Sequence record: MT161459.1
Length of the DNA: 64,000 bases
Reading direction: 5' to 3' (one strand)
Shown here in pieces: positions 6,445 through 15,421 of this stretch (position 1 is the stretch's first letter; every line of letters starts with the position of its first letter). The notes below the pieces were generated by a model. The model searched no databases and had not been told where the DNA came from. It worked only from the letters and a program-made list of their open reading frames with translations. The translations under genes were made by a program, and so were the position numbers.

Positions 6445-6767
6445 AGTATCTGATAGTCGTGCTAGCGTTGTTGCTGGCAGGATGCGAAGAAGAGAAACCG
6501 TTCAAGTCGGTGGATGTGATCGGGACTGTGACTCGATACGTTCCGGAGGAGACGCGGATAAGGTACCACGCTGATCAGAAGATCATGATATCTATCCGCG
6601 ACAAAGAAGTGCATCAACTGTCTCTAGGCAAGTGCAGTCTGGAGATGAATACCGGATTGATTGGCCACGAGGTCAAGCTACGCCGCGATATCTACTACGA
6701 TCAAGGATCCAGATATCTCATTTACGAGGGAGAGAAAGAAAAGATTCTCGAGAAATACTGTTATTAA
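6441..6767 (+). CDS. putative lipoprotein
   Basis: Signal peptide with lipobox LLLAGC. Confidence 0.7.
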   Translation: MKYLIVVLALLLAGCEEEKPFKSVDVIGTVTRYVPEETRIRYHADQKIMISIRDKEVHQLSLGKCSLEMNTGLIGHEVKLRRDIYYDQGSRYLIYEGEKEKILEKYCY

Positions 6768-6778
6768 CAAGGGGTTAC

Positions 6779-7372
6779 ATGGCTAAACTTTTCTATTTTT
6801 ACGCAGCAATGAACAGTGGTAAGTCCACTCAACTGCTCCAAGTGGCACACAATTACACAGAACGCGATCAGAACGTGTTGCTACTGAAACCGAAGATCGA
6901 CACCAGAACGTCCAACACCATCGGATCTCGGATCGGGATCTCCAAAGCGTGCTTGTCCATCGACGTTGACGTCAATCTGGTTGACTTCTTCAAAGCGCAG
7001 ACGACCAAATACGATTGCATCCTCGTTGATGAAGCTCAGTTCCTGACGGAAGATCAAGTATGGCAACTGTCTGATATAGTGGATAAGCTCCACATCCCAG
7101 TCATGTGTTACGGACTGCGAACTGACTTCTTGGGCAATCTATTCGAAGGATCCAGGACGTTGTTGGCCATCGCTGATAGCATTACGGAAGTTCGCGGGAT
7201 CTGCGAATGTGGCCGGAAGGCTTGCATGGTTGCTCGGATTGACTCCAATGGAAATGCGATCCTCCGAGGAGAGCAGGTTTGCATTGGGGCTGAGGAGACG
7301 TACGTCAGTTTTTGTCGTGCTTGCTGGAAAAAGAAGTTGAAAACTAACTGGACTCGTAAGACAATCTATTAA
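6779..7372 (+). CDS. tdk: thymidine kinase (type II)
   Basis: YAAMNSGKS P-loop, VDEAQF, YGLRTDF, C-terminal Zn cysteines; ATG 6779 after GGGG. Confidence 0.95.
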   Translation: MAKLFYFYAAMNSGKSTQLLQVAHNYTERDQNVLLLKPKIDTRTSNTIGSRIGISKACLSIDVDVNLVDFFKAQTTKYDCILVDEAQFLTEDQVWQLSDIVDKLHIPVMCYGLRTDFLGNLFEGSRTLLAIADSITEVRGICECGRKACMVARIDSNGNAILRGEQVCIGAEETYVSFCRACWKKKLKTNWTRKTIY

Positions 7373-7394
7373 CTACAAACCAAAGGAAACTGAA

Positions 7395-8789
7395 ATGTCA
7401 ATGTTGTTCGATGCAATGTCTGAAAAAGACGCCCGCACTATGAACGGTGCAATCACGCACTCCACATCCGGTCAAGCCAACGTAGACTTGTTCTTCATCG
7501 TTGGCGCTTCTCGCGGCAAGAAAATTCGCGCTGAGTTTGCCAAAGCATATCGCGAGAATATGGACTACGCTGTCCGCATTCTTCAATGGGCGCGCGACGT
7601 TCGTGGTGGTGCTGGTGAGCGCGGTATCTTCATCGATTTGCTCCGCACCCTGTACACTCTGAATCGTGCGCATGCAGTATCCATTCTGTATAAGACTCCA
7701 GAGATTGGCCGCTGGAAGGATGTGGTTGAGATGTTCAACTCTCCTCTGCGCGCGGAAGTTCTGGATATGTTAGAGTTCGCTCTGCGTTCCGAGGACAGTC
7801 TGGCTGCTAAGTGGATCCCGCGTAAAGGTCCGGTAGCAAGCGCTCTGGCTCGCCGCATGAAGTGGAGCTCTAAACAGCTTCGTCAGACGCTGGTTGCTCT
7901 GAGCAACACAGTTGAGCAGAAGATGTGCGCGCGTCAGTGGAACGACATTGATTTCAGTAAGCTCCCGTCGATCGCATCCAGTCGCTACCAGAAGGCGTTC
8001 CATCGCCAAGCTCCAACCGCGTACACCAAGTACCTGGAGAGTCTGGAGAAAGGCGAGACCAAGATCAATGCCGGCGCCATCTATCCGCACACTATCGTCG
8101 GGAATCTGAGCAATGGCGTAGCTGCTGCTGCAGAGGCTCAGTGGAAAGCTCTTCCGAACTACATGGAAGGTACCAATGAGCGAATCCTGCCAGTGGTTGA
8201 CGTTTCTGGATCCATGAGCTGTCCGGCCGGCGGCAGCGGTTCGGTTAGTTGCATGACCGTAGCCATTTCGCTGGGTTTGTACATCTCCGAGCGCAATGAA
8301 GGGATTTTCCACAACCAGTTTGTGACGTTCAGCGAAGAACCAACATTCGTGACCCTGACCAAGCCGACTCTCCAAGGCCGTTGCAGCGAGATGTCTCGTT
8401 CGGATTGGGGTTACAATACCGATCTGCAGCGCACATTCTCTATCCTGTTGGATCGTGCAGTCAAATGCGCAGTCCCGCAAGATCAAATGCCGACCAAGAT
8501 CCTGATCTTGTCCGACATGGAGTTCGACGCAGCGTGTGATCGTGCCACCAACTACGACGCCATTGAGCGTAAGTATGCCGCCGCAGGATACGAGATGCCA
8601 TCCATCGTATTCTGGAACCTGAATGCTCGTGCCGGCAATGTACCAGTCAAGGCAGGCGTTCGCAACACTGCTCTGATCTCGGGTTTCTCTCCAGCTATCT
8701 TGACTTCTGTTCTGGGATGTCAGACAATGACTCCATTGTCAGTCATGCAAGACGCGATTATGAAAGATCGCTACGACTGGATTGTCTAA
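7395..8789 (+). CDS. DUF2828/TROVE(Ro60)-like helical protein with C-terminal vWA domain
   Basis: DLFF.VGASRG, RDVRGGAGER, LAAKWIPR, MIDAS DVSGS, ILSDMEFD, IVFWNL. Confidence 0.8.
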   Translation: MSMLFDAMSEKDARTMNGAITHSTSGQANVDLFFIVGASRGKKIRAEFAKAYRENMDYAVRILQWARDVRGGAGERGIFIDLLRTLYTLNRAHAVSILYKTPEIGRWKDVVEMFNSPLRAEVLDMLEFALRSEDSLAAKWIPRKGPVASALARRMKWSSKQLRQTLVALSNTVEQKMCARQWNDIDFSKLPSIASSRYQKAFHRQAPTAYTKYLESLEKGETKINAGAIYPHTIVGNLSNGVAAAAEAQWKALPNYMEGTNERILPVVDVSGSMSCPAGGSGSVSCMTVAISLGLYISERNEGIFHNQFVTFSEEPTFVTLTKPTLQGRCSEMSRSDWGYNTDLQRTFSILLDRAVKCAVPQDQMPTKILILSDMEFDAACDRATNYDAIERKYAAAGYEMPSIVFWNLNARAGNVPVKAGVRNTALISGFSPAILTSVLGCQTMTPLSVMQDAIMKDRYDWIV

Positions 8790-8826
8790 CCAATGTGGGC
8801 CCTCGGGCCCACTTCATAGAGGCATT

Positions 8827-9198
8827 ATGTTAACTAAATTTGAAGGTCAGGCTCGTGCATTTGCAACGTTCCTCGCAGCTGTTAAGCACGATCATAGGTC
8901 AGATTGGAGTTATCGCCACACCACACTGAGCCATCGAGCTTCGCAAATAGATGTATCATTCTATTCTCCGAATGGGGAATGTGGGGAGTGGTGTACATTC
9001 GAGCTTCCGGTGGCTGTGCTGTTCGACTCGGTGGCGGCAATTATGGCATTTCACGAGATCAAAACGCAAATGCAAGTTGCTACGCGAGAAAGGCAGATGA
9101 ACCAACTTCGAGATCGTCAACAACAGCGGATTGAAGATGAAGCTCGCGAACGCGCGCAATATGAGATCCTCAAGCAAAAATTCGGAGATGATGAATGA
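8827..9198 (+). CDS. hypothetical protein, C-terminal coiled coil
   Basis: GAGG RBS; ends ERAQYEILKQKFG. Confidence 0.65.
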   Translation: MLTKFEGQARAFATFLAAVKHDHRSDWSYRHTTLSHRASQIDVSFYSPNGECGEWCTFELPVAVLFDSVAAIMAFHEIKTQMQVATRERQMNQLRDRQQQRIEDEARERAQYEILKQKFGDDE

Positions 9199-9542
9199 AT
9201 CTGGATAACATCTACAGCTTCTGTGACCAGTTTGTGGTAGCATTGAATGAAGCTCAGTTGTATGACAGCAACGAGTGGGGAATGTACCACGATGTGGCCA
9301 TTTCGCGTCACAGTCGTGCTGCGAAGCTCACCTTTGCTATCCCATATTTCATGCCTGAAATGTACGACGTGTTGTTGCCACTCCACTGCTTCAACGATGA
9401 GCGTACTATGGAGAAGCATCTTGCGGACTCCATTCAGACCATGCGTCTCTTTGCAGCGAATCATAGGGCGTCTCAAACTGAATATCAAATGGCCCTAGAG
9501 CATCGCGCTCGTCAACGTAAATGGTGGATGTTTTGGAAATAG
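9195..9542 (+). CDS. hypothetical protein
   Basis: ATGA overlap with upstream gene. Confidence 0.6.
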   Translation: MNLDNIYSFCDQFVVALNEAQLYDSNEWGMYHDVAISRHSRAAKLTFAIPYFMPEMYDVLLPLHCFNDERTMEKHLADSIQTMRLFAANHRASQTEYQMALEHRARQRKWWMFWK

Positions 9543-9943
9543 AAACCCAATCTGATGTAGTCAAAACGCTAAAGATCCTGTACGACATGGGCGATCAAAT
9601 CGCCAAGATGTTGACCGATTCGTGCTACTATGCTCATTACACAGTCACATCGTGCAAATGGGAAATGGATGACGTTACCATCGATGACTCCGATGGTTGT
9701 TGTGCTATGAAGTTCGTTTCGCGAGAGGACAACGTATACCGTTGGTTTGCAGAGCTCGATCGAATGTTGGATCCGGAGTACGTACAATCCGAACTGCGGA
9801 GTGTCCGCAATCTGACCGATCAATACAAAGCTAAGATGGCAGAATCTCGTAGACTCAAGGCCGACTCTGTCATTGCTGAAACCGAACGTCGTGAACGTCG
9901 CGAGTTGGAACGTCTCCAAGCAAAGTATGGGACTCAGTCATGA
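9521..9943 (+). CDS. hypothetical protein, C-terminal coiled coil
   Basis: Ends ERRELERLQAKYG; start uncertain. Confidence 0.6.
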   Translation: MVDVLEIETQSDVVKTLKILYDMGDQIAKMLTDSCYYAHYTVTSCKWEMDDVTIDDSDGCCAMKFVSREDNVYRWFAELDRMLDPEYVQSELRSVRNLTDQYKAKMAESRRLKADSVIAETERRERRELERLQAKYGTQS

Positions 9944-10206
9944 GTACAGCCGAGAGTATCCGTAGCCTCAATCGGTATGCAATTGACCACGTATCGTTCC
10001 TGAACTCTATCGAGTTCATGGGATCCAACGAATGGCGTTTTGAGGACGCCATCGTTCATGCTAGCGGTCGCGGCACAATTAGAGTCAACTTCAAAAGTCA
10101 TTGCCGATCTGAGGTAGTTGAATTGAAATACAACGAGTTTGACTCGCCAGACCAAATCAAATTAGCGTTTCTGCATCGCAAAAACATCATTCTTGGCGTT
10201 GACTGA
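9940..10206 (+). CDS. hypothetical protein
   Basis: ATGA overlap. Confidence 0.6.
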   Translation: MSTAESIRSLNRYAIDHVSFLNSIEFMGSNEWRFEDAIVHASGRGTIRVNFKSHCRSEVVELKYNEFDSPDQIKLAFLHRKNIILGVD

Positions 10207-10252
10207 ATCATAATGTGCGGTACAATAGCTGCATCAACTAGAGGAAACGATT

Positions 10253-10453
10253 ATGACTGCACAACTGAGCAATGACCAAATCGAAATGATCTCTGGCCGT
10301 ATCCTGAAGCTGGATGCCCAACGCAACAGCCTCTTGATCCACGCCGAGAACGTTCGACTCGAGATGTTGGAACTCCGTAAGCTCCTGGCGGAGAATTTCA
10401 AAGACGATCTCCCGATGGAAATCCGACCACTCCCGTCGCGGATGCGAGCATGA
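10253..10453 (+). CDS. hypothetical protein
   Basis: GAGG RBS after TTGACT..TACAAT promoter. Confidence 0.65.
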   Translation: MTAQLSNDQIEMISGRILKLDAQRNSLLIHAENVRLEMLELRKLLAENFKDDLPMEIRPLPSRMRA

Positions 10454-10677
10454 TCGACTATGGGAAGTGGTTGATTGACAATCAAGGGATGTATACCGTA
10501 TCCATCGATGGGTCATCTTGGAGCACAGAAGATGGTACATCGTATACGTCTCCATGCTCGTTGTCATTTCGTGGTACTGGATTTCATGGGTATAGGACTT
10601 TGGAAGATGCCATCGAACATGCCGTATCGATGTATCCGGATTCAGTAAAATACGTCGATCTAATGTGCGATTGCTAA
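10450..10677 (+). CDS. hypothetical protein
   Basis: ATGA overlap. Confidence 0.6.
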   Translation: MIDYGKWLIDNQGMYTVSIDGSSWSTEDGTSYTSPCSLSFRGTGFHGYRTLEDAIEHAVSMYPDSVKYVDLMCDC

Positions 10678-10710
10678 GATAGTGATCGCACTTTTCAAGA
10701 GGAATAGATT

Positions 10711-11172
10711 ATGACTTTTGTAGATTTCCTGACTTCGGTATTTCCGAAGAGTACCAAAACCATTCGCCAAGCTGGATATTTGCTCGGTCAGCTGGATGGA
10801 GAGAAGAACCAACGCGATCGCGAGAAGATGTCACGCGATCTGATCCAACAAATTAAATTCCCAGTGGGATGCCTGGTTATCTCCTGCGATAGCTCCCATC
10901 CGATGCACCTCGTGGAGATCACCAGATACGAGGCCAACATGAATGGTATTCCGTTCGGTCGCGATCTGATCACCGGCGAAGACGTTATGCTGTTCAGCAC
11001 CATCTTCAACTACACAGAGAACACGGTACGCGCATTAGCTAAGCTCGAGATGCACGAGCGTCTGATGATCGCTAACAAGATGCACTGTCGGATCCCACAG
11101 ACTGCCATCCAAGAGTACGATGTGGAGATGTTGGTATCAATTGGCAACGCTTTCGTGGAGAATGAAGAATGA
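10711..11172 (+). CDS. hypothetical protein
   Basis: GAGG RBS, 153 aa. Confidence 0.7.
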   Translation: MTFVDFLTSVFPKSTKTIRQAGYLLGQLDGEKNQRDREKMSRDLIQQIKFPVGCLVISCDSSHPMHLVEITRYEANMNGIPFGRDLITGEDVMLFSTIFNYTENTVRALAKLEMHERLMIANKMHCRIPQTAIQEYDVEMLVSIGNAFVENEE

Positions 11173-11672
11173 TCTACGCTCAAGTTGCTCGGATGTTAGC
11201 CATCCAATCCAGTCGTCGGATCTATATCGGATCTAGTGCATTGTGGAAGTTTCGTCAGCGGGCATCAGAAGCTGTATGCATCAAGTGCCAGTATGAGGAT
11301 GACTGGAAGAAAAGCCATCCCGAGATGTATCCACTCGATCCTGCAGCAGTTGAAACGTGGCGCGCTTACACGGACTGTCTGTCTGGGACATTGATTCTTG
11401 GCGAGACTAAAGCTACATTGCGCGCAGAAATCGTCAATCCGAATATGTTCTCAGTTCGCGGTCGTTCGTTAGAGAAGACTATGGAGTTCGAATTGACTCC
11501 AGAGCTGACGATGGATATCTTTGGGGAATACATCAAATCTCACTGCCACCATGTAGTCGAAGATGAGTACGAGCGTCGAGAGATTGCTCGAGTGACTCAA
11601 GAACAAGAGGAGCTGATGGCTACCATGCTGTCCGAGGCCGCGTCAATGGATTGTGACTGGGAAAACTCCTAA
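11169..11672 (+). CDS. hypothetical protein
   Basis: ATGA overlap, 167 aa. Confidence 0.7.
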   Translation: MIYAQVARMLAIQSSRRIYIGSSALWKFRQRASEAVCIKCQYEDDWKKSHPEMYPLDPAAVETWRAYTDCLSGTLILGETKATLRAEIVNPNMFSVRGRSLEKTMEFELTPELTMDIFGEYIKSHCHHVVEDEYERREIARVTQEQEELMATMLSEAASMDCDWENS

Positions 11673-11683
11673 ATAAGTTTAGG

Positions 11684-11715
11684 TGTGGGGTAAGTCAGGA
11701 GATACTTACCCCACA
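11684..11715 (+). other. perfect 12-bp inverted repeat
   Basis: TGTGGGGTAAGT-N8-ACTTACCCCACA between CTAAATA and the tRNA-like RNA. Confidence 0.8.
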
Positions 11716-11720
11716 GAGAG

Positions 11721-11855
11721 ATAATACCGCGATCGAGTAGCTCAATGGTAGAGCAACGTAAAATGCATCCTGTCAAGGATGAATTCTGCAATCAAATCGC
11801 CTGTTAAGCCGTAGGTTGTGTGGTTCGAATCCGCGCCTCGATCGCAGTATTATTT
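11721..11855 (+). ncRNA. tRNA-Asn(GTT)-derived RNA with 40-nt insertion in the anticodon stem and extended acceptor stem
   Basis: GATCGAG/CTCGATC acceptor, GCTC-AATGGTA-GAGC D arm, ACG[40 nt]GC-CTGTTAA-GCCGT, T loop TTCGAAT, no CCA, flanks ATAATAC/GTATTAT pair. Confidence 0.75.
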
Positions 11856-11882
11856 CAACAAAGCACCACAAGGTAAAACGTC

Positions 11883-12155
11883 ATGGATTTTTTGACTGAG
11901 AAGCAGTTGCGTAATCTGACCACTGAACGTCTGAATGCTCTTCGCAAGACCGTTTTGAAAGCTCGTGCATCAGCTGAATACAACGCCGATCAAGATCCCA
12001 GCTCACAGGCTGACAAGGAACGCGCTCGCGGTTTGATCGAGTACTACGAACTGATCAAGTCCGTCATGGACGATCGTGAACACATTGAACGCAGCACCAA
12101 ACCGAAACAGAAGGGTCACAATCGTGATTCGATCAAAAGGATGACTTGGGAATGA
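11883..12155 (+). CDS. hypothetical protein
   Basis: AAGGT RBS. Confidence 0.65.
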   Translation: MDFLTEKQLRNLTTERLNALRKTVLKARASAEYNADQDPSSQADKERARGLIEYYELIKSVMDDREHIERSTKPKQKGHNRDSIKRMTWE

Positions 12156-12463
12156 CCCGAACAAAGAATAAACATTCTCCGGCACAACAACCGCCGAAGG
12201 GTGTCAAGAAGTTTCTCGGTATTGAGTTGACTACAGAGTTCAACTTCCGCCGATTCCGCAAACTATTGTACCTTGTGCTCAGCGCCGCGACGTTCCTCGC
12301 GTCCGTCGCGATGGTGATCAACGATAGCACGTGGAGTCCGTTCAATCTGGTTGTGAGTCATATCACGTTCATGATGATCTTTGCATCCACTATCCTGGAA
12401 CTGTTGTATAAGGATATGGTAGTGGCTGATCTGAAAGATCAACTGAAACTGGCAGGCAAGTAA
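12152..12463 (+). CDS. two-TM membrane protein
   Basis: Two hydrophobic segments; ATGA overlap. Confidence 0.65.
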   Translation: MTRTKNKHSPAQQPPKGVKKFLGIELTTEFNFRRFRKLLYLVLSAATFLASVAMVINDSTWSPFNLVVSHITFMMIFASTILELLYKDMVVADLKDQLKLAGK

Positions 12464-12509
12464 ACTAATGCGCTGACTACGGTCGGCGCATCTTCATAAG
12501 GGCAATATC

Positions 12510-12692
12510 GTGGCAATATTTGGATGGTTGGTTCTCGTTGCAATATCTCTGGGCGTATCTGCCGTCGCGGTAGTTGCGTTCATGGCATCCGGTTTCTTTC
12601 AAAAAGGAGAGCCACTGATTGCAGCAGTTGTGGCTGGGCTAATGTGGTGGCTTACTATTCACTTCACTCCGTTCACTGTGGTGATGTCGTAA
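12510..12692 (+). CDS. small membrane protein
   Basis: Hydrophobic 60 aa, GTG start. Confidence 0.6.
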   Translation: MAIFGWLVLVAISLGVSAVAVVAFMASGFFQKGEPLIAAVVAGLMWWLTIHFTPFTVVMS

Positions 12693-12862
12693 TGGGTTTA
12701 GAATTTCTGGGTTGGATACTGTTTCTCGTGTTGGCTGTGTTGGCCACATTCTCTTGGGTTGTCTGTCTCCTAGTTCCAGGAGCTGGTGCTGCTGAGGCGA
12801 TCATGTTCGGAGTAGTTTCTGTTATGTGGTTTGTCCTATCTCGCTACTCCCCATTCTTTTAG
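12692..12862 (+). CDS. small membrane protein
   Basis: Hydrophobic, TAATG overlap; similar architecture to upstream gene. Confidence 0.55.
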   Translation: MGLEFLGWILFLVLAVLATFSWVVCLLVPGAGAAEAIMFGVVSVMWFVLSRYSPFF

Positions 12863-12871
12863 GAGTCTCGC

Positions 12872-13144
12872 GTGACTAAGGTTAGAATGGCCGATGCGCT
12901 GGATATGGAACAAGAATCCGATGAGCTGGTGTGGGGATTTGATGAATTCCACCAACCGCATATCGATTATTCGAGGACCATATTCTCTGCAGTTGCTGCT
13001 CGTATAGCTGCTCGATATGACGTACATCCGCGTCAAGTAAGGATTACGTACTGCGCTCCCGAAGAAGAGTACTGCATATACGTCGATAACAAGTGGTGTG
13101 GGTACTATGACGTCACCGGTACTCCATATGAATTTAACAAATAG
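12872..13144 (+). CDS. hypothetical protein
   Basis: AGGAG RBS, GTG start. Confidence 0.6.
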   Translation: MTKVRMADALDMEQESDELVWGFDEFHQPHIDYSRTIFSAVAARIAARYDVHPRQVRITYCAPEEEYCIYVDNKWCGYYDVTGTPYEFNK

Positions 13145-13201
13145 GGTTGCCTCGTGCAACCCTTTCCTGTATCCTGCCTGCATCAACTGGAGGAAATAAC
13201 C

Positions 13202-13522
13202 ATGGCTAAGAATCAGATCAACCCCGAAGTTCAAACCATTCGTGCATTCCGTGCTGCTAAGAATCGGATCGGTGGTCACATGTCAATCAACGATGCGCTC
13301 GTGCACTTGTTGGGCGATCGTCATCACATTTGCCCCAAATGTAAAGGCCAAGGATTTGCTACCATTATGAAGGACTGTTATCCATCTGGACTTCCGGATA
13401 GCGGTTGGGCTACCGACATGAAACCTGTTGACGTCGATTGCTCCGTGTGCGAAGGTTATGGCTACACCAAGAAGAAACTGGTTCCGAAGATGGAGGTAGT
13501 TGATTATGTGGAAGAAATTTAA
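13202..13522 (+). CDS. protein with DnaJ-type CxxCxGxG zinc-finger motifs
   Basis: CPKCKGQG and CSVCEGYG; GGAGG RBS. Confidence 0.7.
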   Translation: MAKNQINPEVQTIRAFRAAKNRIGGHMSINDALVHLLGDRHHICPKCKGQGFATIMKDCYPSGLPDSGWATDMKPVDVDCSVCEGYGYTKKKLVPKMEVVDYVEEI

Positions 13523-13793
13523 GGGTAAGCTGTTTACAGCAGCTCGTACCACAAACCGATTCCGAATCCAGTATCGAATCCAAGCTCTGGATCATCTGGG
13601 ATGCTCTGTCATCTGGGACGAAGGAGAGCTAATTCACCGAACCATAGACAAAGTCCCAAATCCGGACGCGGTAATCTCTCAGATCCGCAGACATAGCGTG
13701 TCCGTAGATCGAATCAACCGGATCATGACTAGCATGAACATTCATCAGACTAGTCTGAATTATTCATATCAATACACAGAGGAAACCGAATGA
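13506..13793 (+). CDS. hypothetical protein
   Basis: ORF filling gap; start uncertain. Confidence 0.5.
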   Translation: MWKKFKGKLFTAARTTNRFRIQYRIQALDHLGCSVIWDEGELIHRTIDKVPNPDAVISQIRRHSVSVDRINRIMTSMNIHQTSLNYSYQYTEETE

Positions 13794-14353
13794 AACTGAT
13801 TGAAACAGTCGCTGGCGGCGGCAAGACTAACAAAGCTATCGATGTGATGATCGGGTACATGATGGAGAACAAAGGAGTCATCCTTTTCAACTCCGAAGAA
13901 GAACCAGCTGGCTTGACCGAACGTGTGGTCCAGAAATTCATCGCTGCTGGTGGCGATCTGAATCGTGCAAGAGGATATGTAGTCCGTGTAGGTCTGTACG
14001 ACACTGACGTCATGGAAGAAGCAGATCGTCGGATCGCAGCCTTTATGGACGAGTTCATTCGTCCGCCAAGTGCAGTTATCTTCGATACCAATCATGGCGG
14101 CAAGGTTCGCGAGTACTTCAAGGAGTACGCCGACAAACTCATCGCTAATGGGATGGAAGTGTACGTGACTGTCCAGATCCCACGCAGCGGTCGCGAAGTC
14201 GAGTTGCCGGAATATGTCAAGGCTGAGATCGATATGGCAGCTGCCGCGGTCGAGCCTTGGACAGCTCCACCTGCAGCTCCTGCAGTAGTTCGACGCGATC
14301 CAGCAGCTCAGCTGATGGAGTTCTTGGACGATGAAGGCGATGGAGCAATCTGA
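13790..14353 (+). CDS. P-loop NTPase-like protein
   Basis: N-terminal AGGGKT, later VIFD; GAGG RBS. Confidence 0.6.
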   Translation: MKLIETVAGGGKTNKAIDVMIGYMMENKGVILFNSEEEPAGLTERVVQKFIAAGGDLNRARGYVVRVGLYDTDVMEEADRRIAAFMDEFIRPPSAVIFDTNHGGKVREYFKEYADKLIANGMEVYVTVQIPRSGREVELPEYVKAEIDMAAAAVEPWTAPPAAPAVVRRDPAAQLMEFLDDEGDGAI

Positions 14354-14712
14354 TGGACAGAGACACTCCAGATCTGGTGGAGTACTGGCGGGATGTAATG
14401 TCCCGCCGGATGCCCGAGTGGTGCGAAGTTGACCGCTTGACTACAATGGCGTACGGTTACTACTACAAAGAACGTCTTAACGGAGAGAAGTTCTCGTTCC
14501 TGGAATTCCTCCAGACCGCTAAGCGTCCGTACGGCAACAAAGACAAACCGGCAAGTATCGCATATTCGCTTGGGTGGGACTGGAACCGACATCTATGTCA
14601 AGTAGTGGTTCCAAAGGATATCCAAGAAGAGGCTATGCGGTTGCACGCAATAGTTATCCAGAACGTCAAGCAGGAGATCGAAGATGAGCGTAGAAATCGA
14701 AAAAGCTATTGA
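14353..14712 (+). CDS. hypothetical protein
   Basis: TGATG overlap. Confidence 0.65.
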   Translation: MDRDTPDLVEYWRDVMSRRMPEWCEVDRLTTMAYGYYYKERLNGEKFSFLEFLQTAKRPYGNKDKPASIAYSLGWDWNRHLCQVVVPKDIQEEAMRLHAIVIQNVKQEIEDERRNRKSY

Positions 14713-15421
14713 GATCATGAAGCCGTTCGAAGGTCGCCATTATGGTGGACTTGAGATCTACTATGCTAGTTGCAAGGCGTTTGATGTGTTATTCGATAAT
14801 CCGTGGAAGAGGTCAATAGACGACGTTCAACGAGAAATCATCAAGTACAAGGCTCGTCCTTATCGCTGCACTCCTATGCCCGCTCGCAATCGCCAGTATC
14901 GAAATGTGGTAGCCGTTACACTTCCGGATATGTCGTACGTTATTGAGAAGCTGTATGGCAAAGTTGTGCTGAATGGAAAGACCATCAAACAATGGCTGAG
15001 TATATTCCGCCAAACTGGCCCGCTGAATCATCTGGCACGAAATCTATTCCAGTACAGCGGTCGTCATAGTATCGGAGTAAACGCTCAACGTTGCACTCAG
15101 GCTCTACACGACTTTATGCACGCTAGCTGTCTAGCTATGTTCCAAGACGGTCGGGGATTCCCAGTCTCAGCATCGCACAACACCATCTATTGGGTCGCAG
15201 ATCACGTCATCGACATCGATACTGTAGACTTTCACGATCTAGTAGTCGGATTCGACAACTTTGTCACATCTCGTGGGGCGTTAGTAGTCGGATTCGATAT
15301 GTGCCAAACTGCGTTCGGTCAAATGGAAACGGTTACTATGTTCGGGTTTGGACCCAAGATCACTATCGAATCGTGGATGCACTCCATCCAATTTGAACAA
15401 CCACAAATAAAGGTACAATGA
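14684..15421 (+). CDS. hypothetical protein
   Basis: 245-aa ORF, AGGAG RBS. Confidence 0.7.
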   Translation: MSVEIEKAIEIMKPFEGRHYGGLEIYYASCKAFDVLFDNPWKRSIDDVQREIIKYKARPYRCTPMPARNRQYRNVVAVTLPDMSYVIEKLYGKVVLNGKTIKQWLSIFRQTGPLNHLARNLFQYSGRHSIGVNAQRCTQALHDFMHASCLAMFQDGRGFPVSASHNTIYWVADHVIDIDTVDFHDLVVGFDNFVTSRGALVVGFDMCQTAFGQMETVTMFGFGPKITIESWMHSIQFEQPQIKVQ

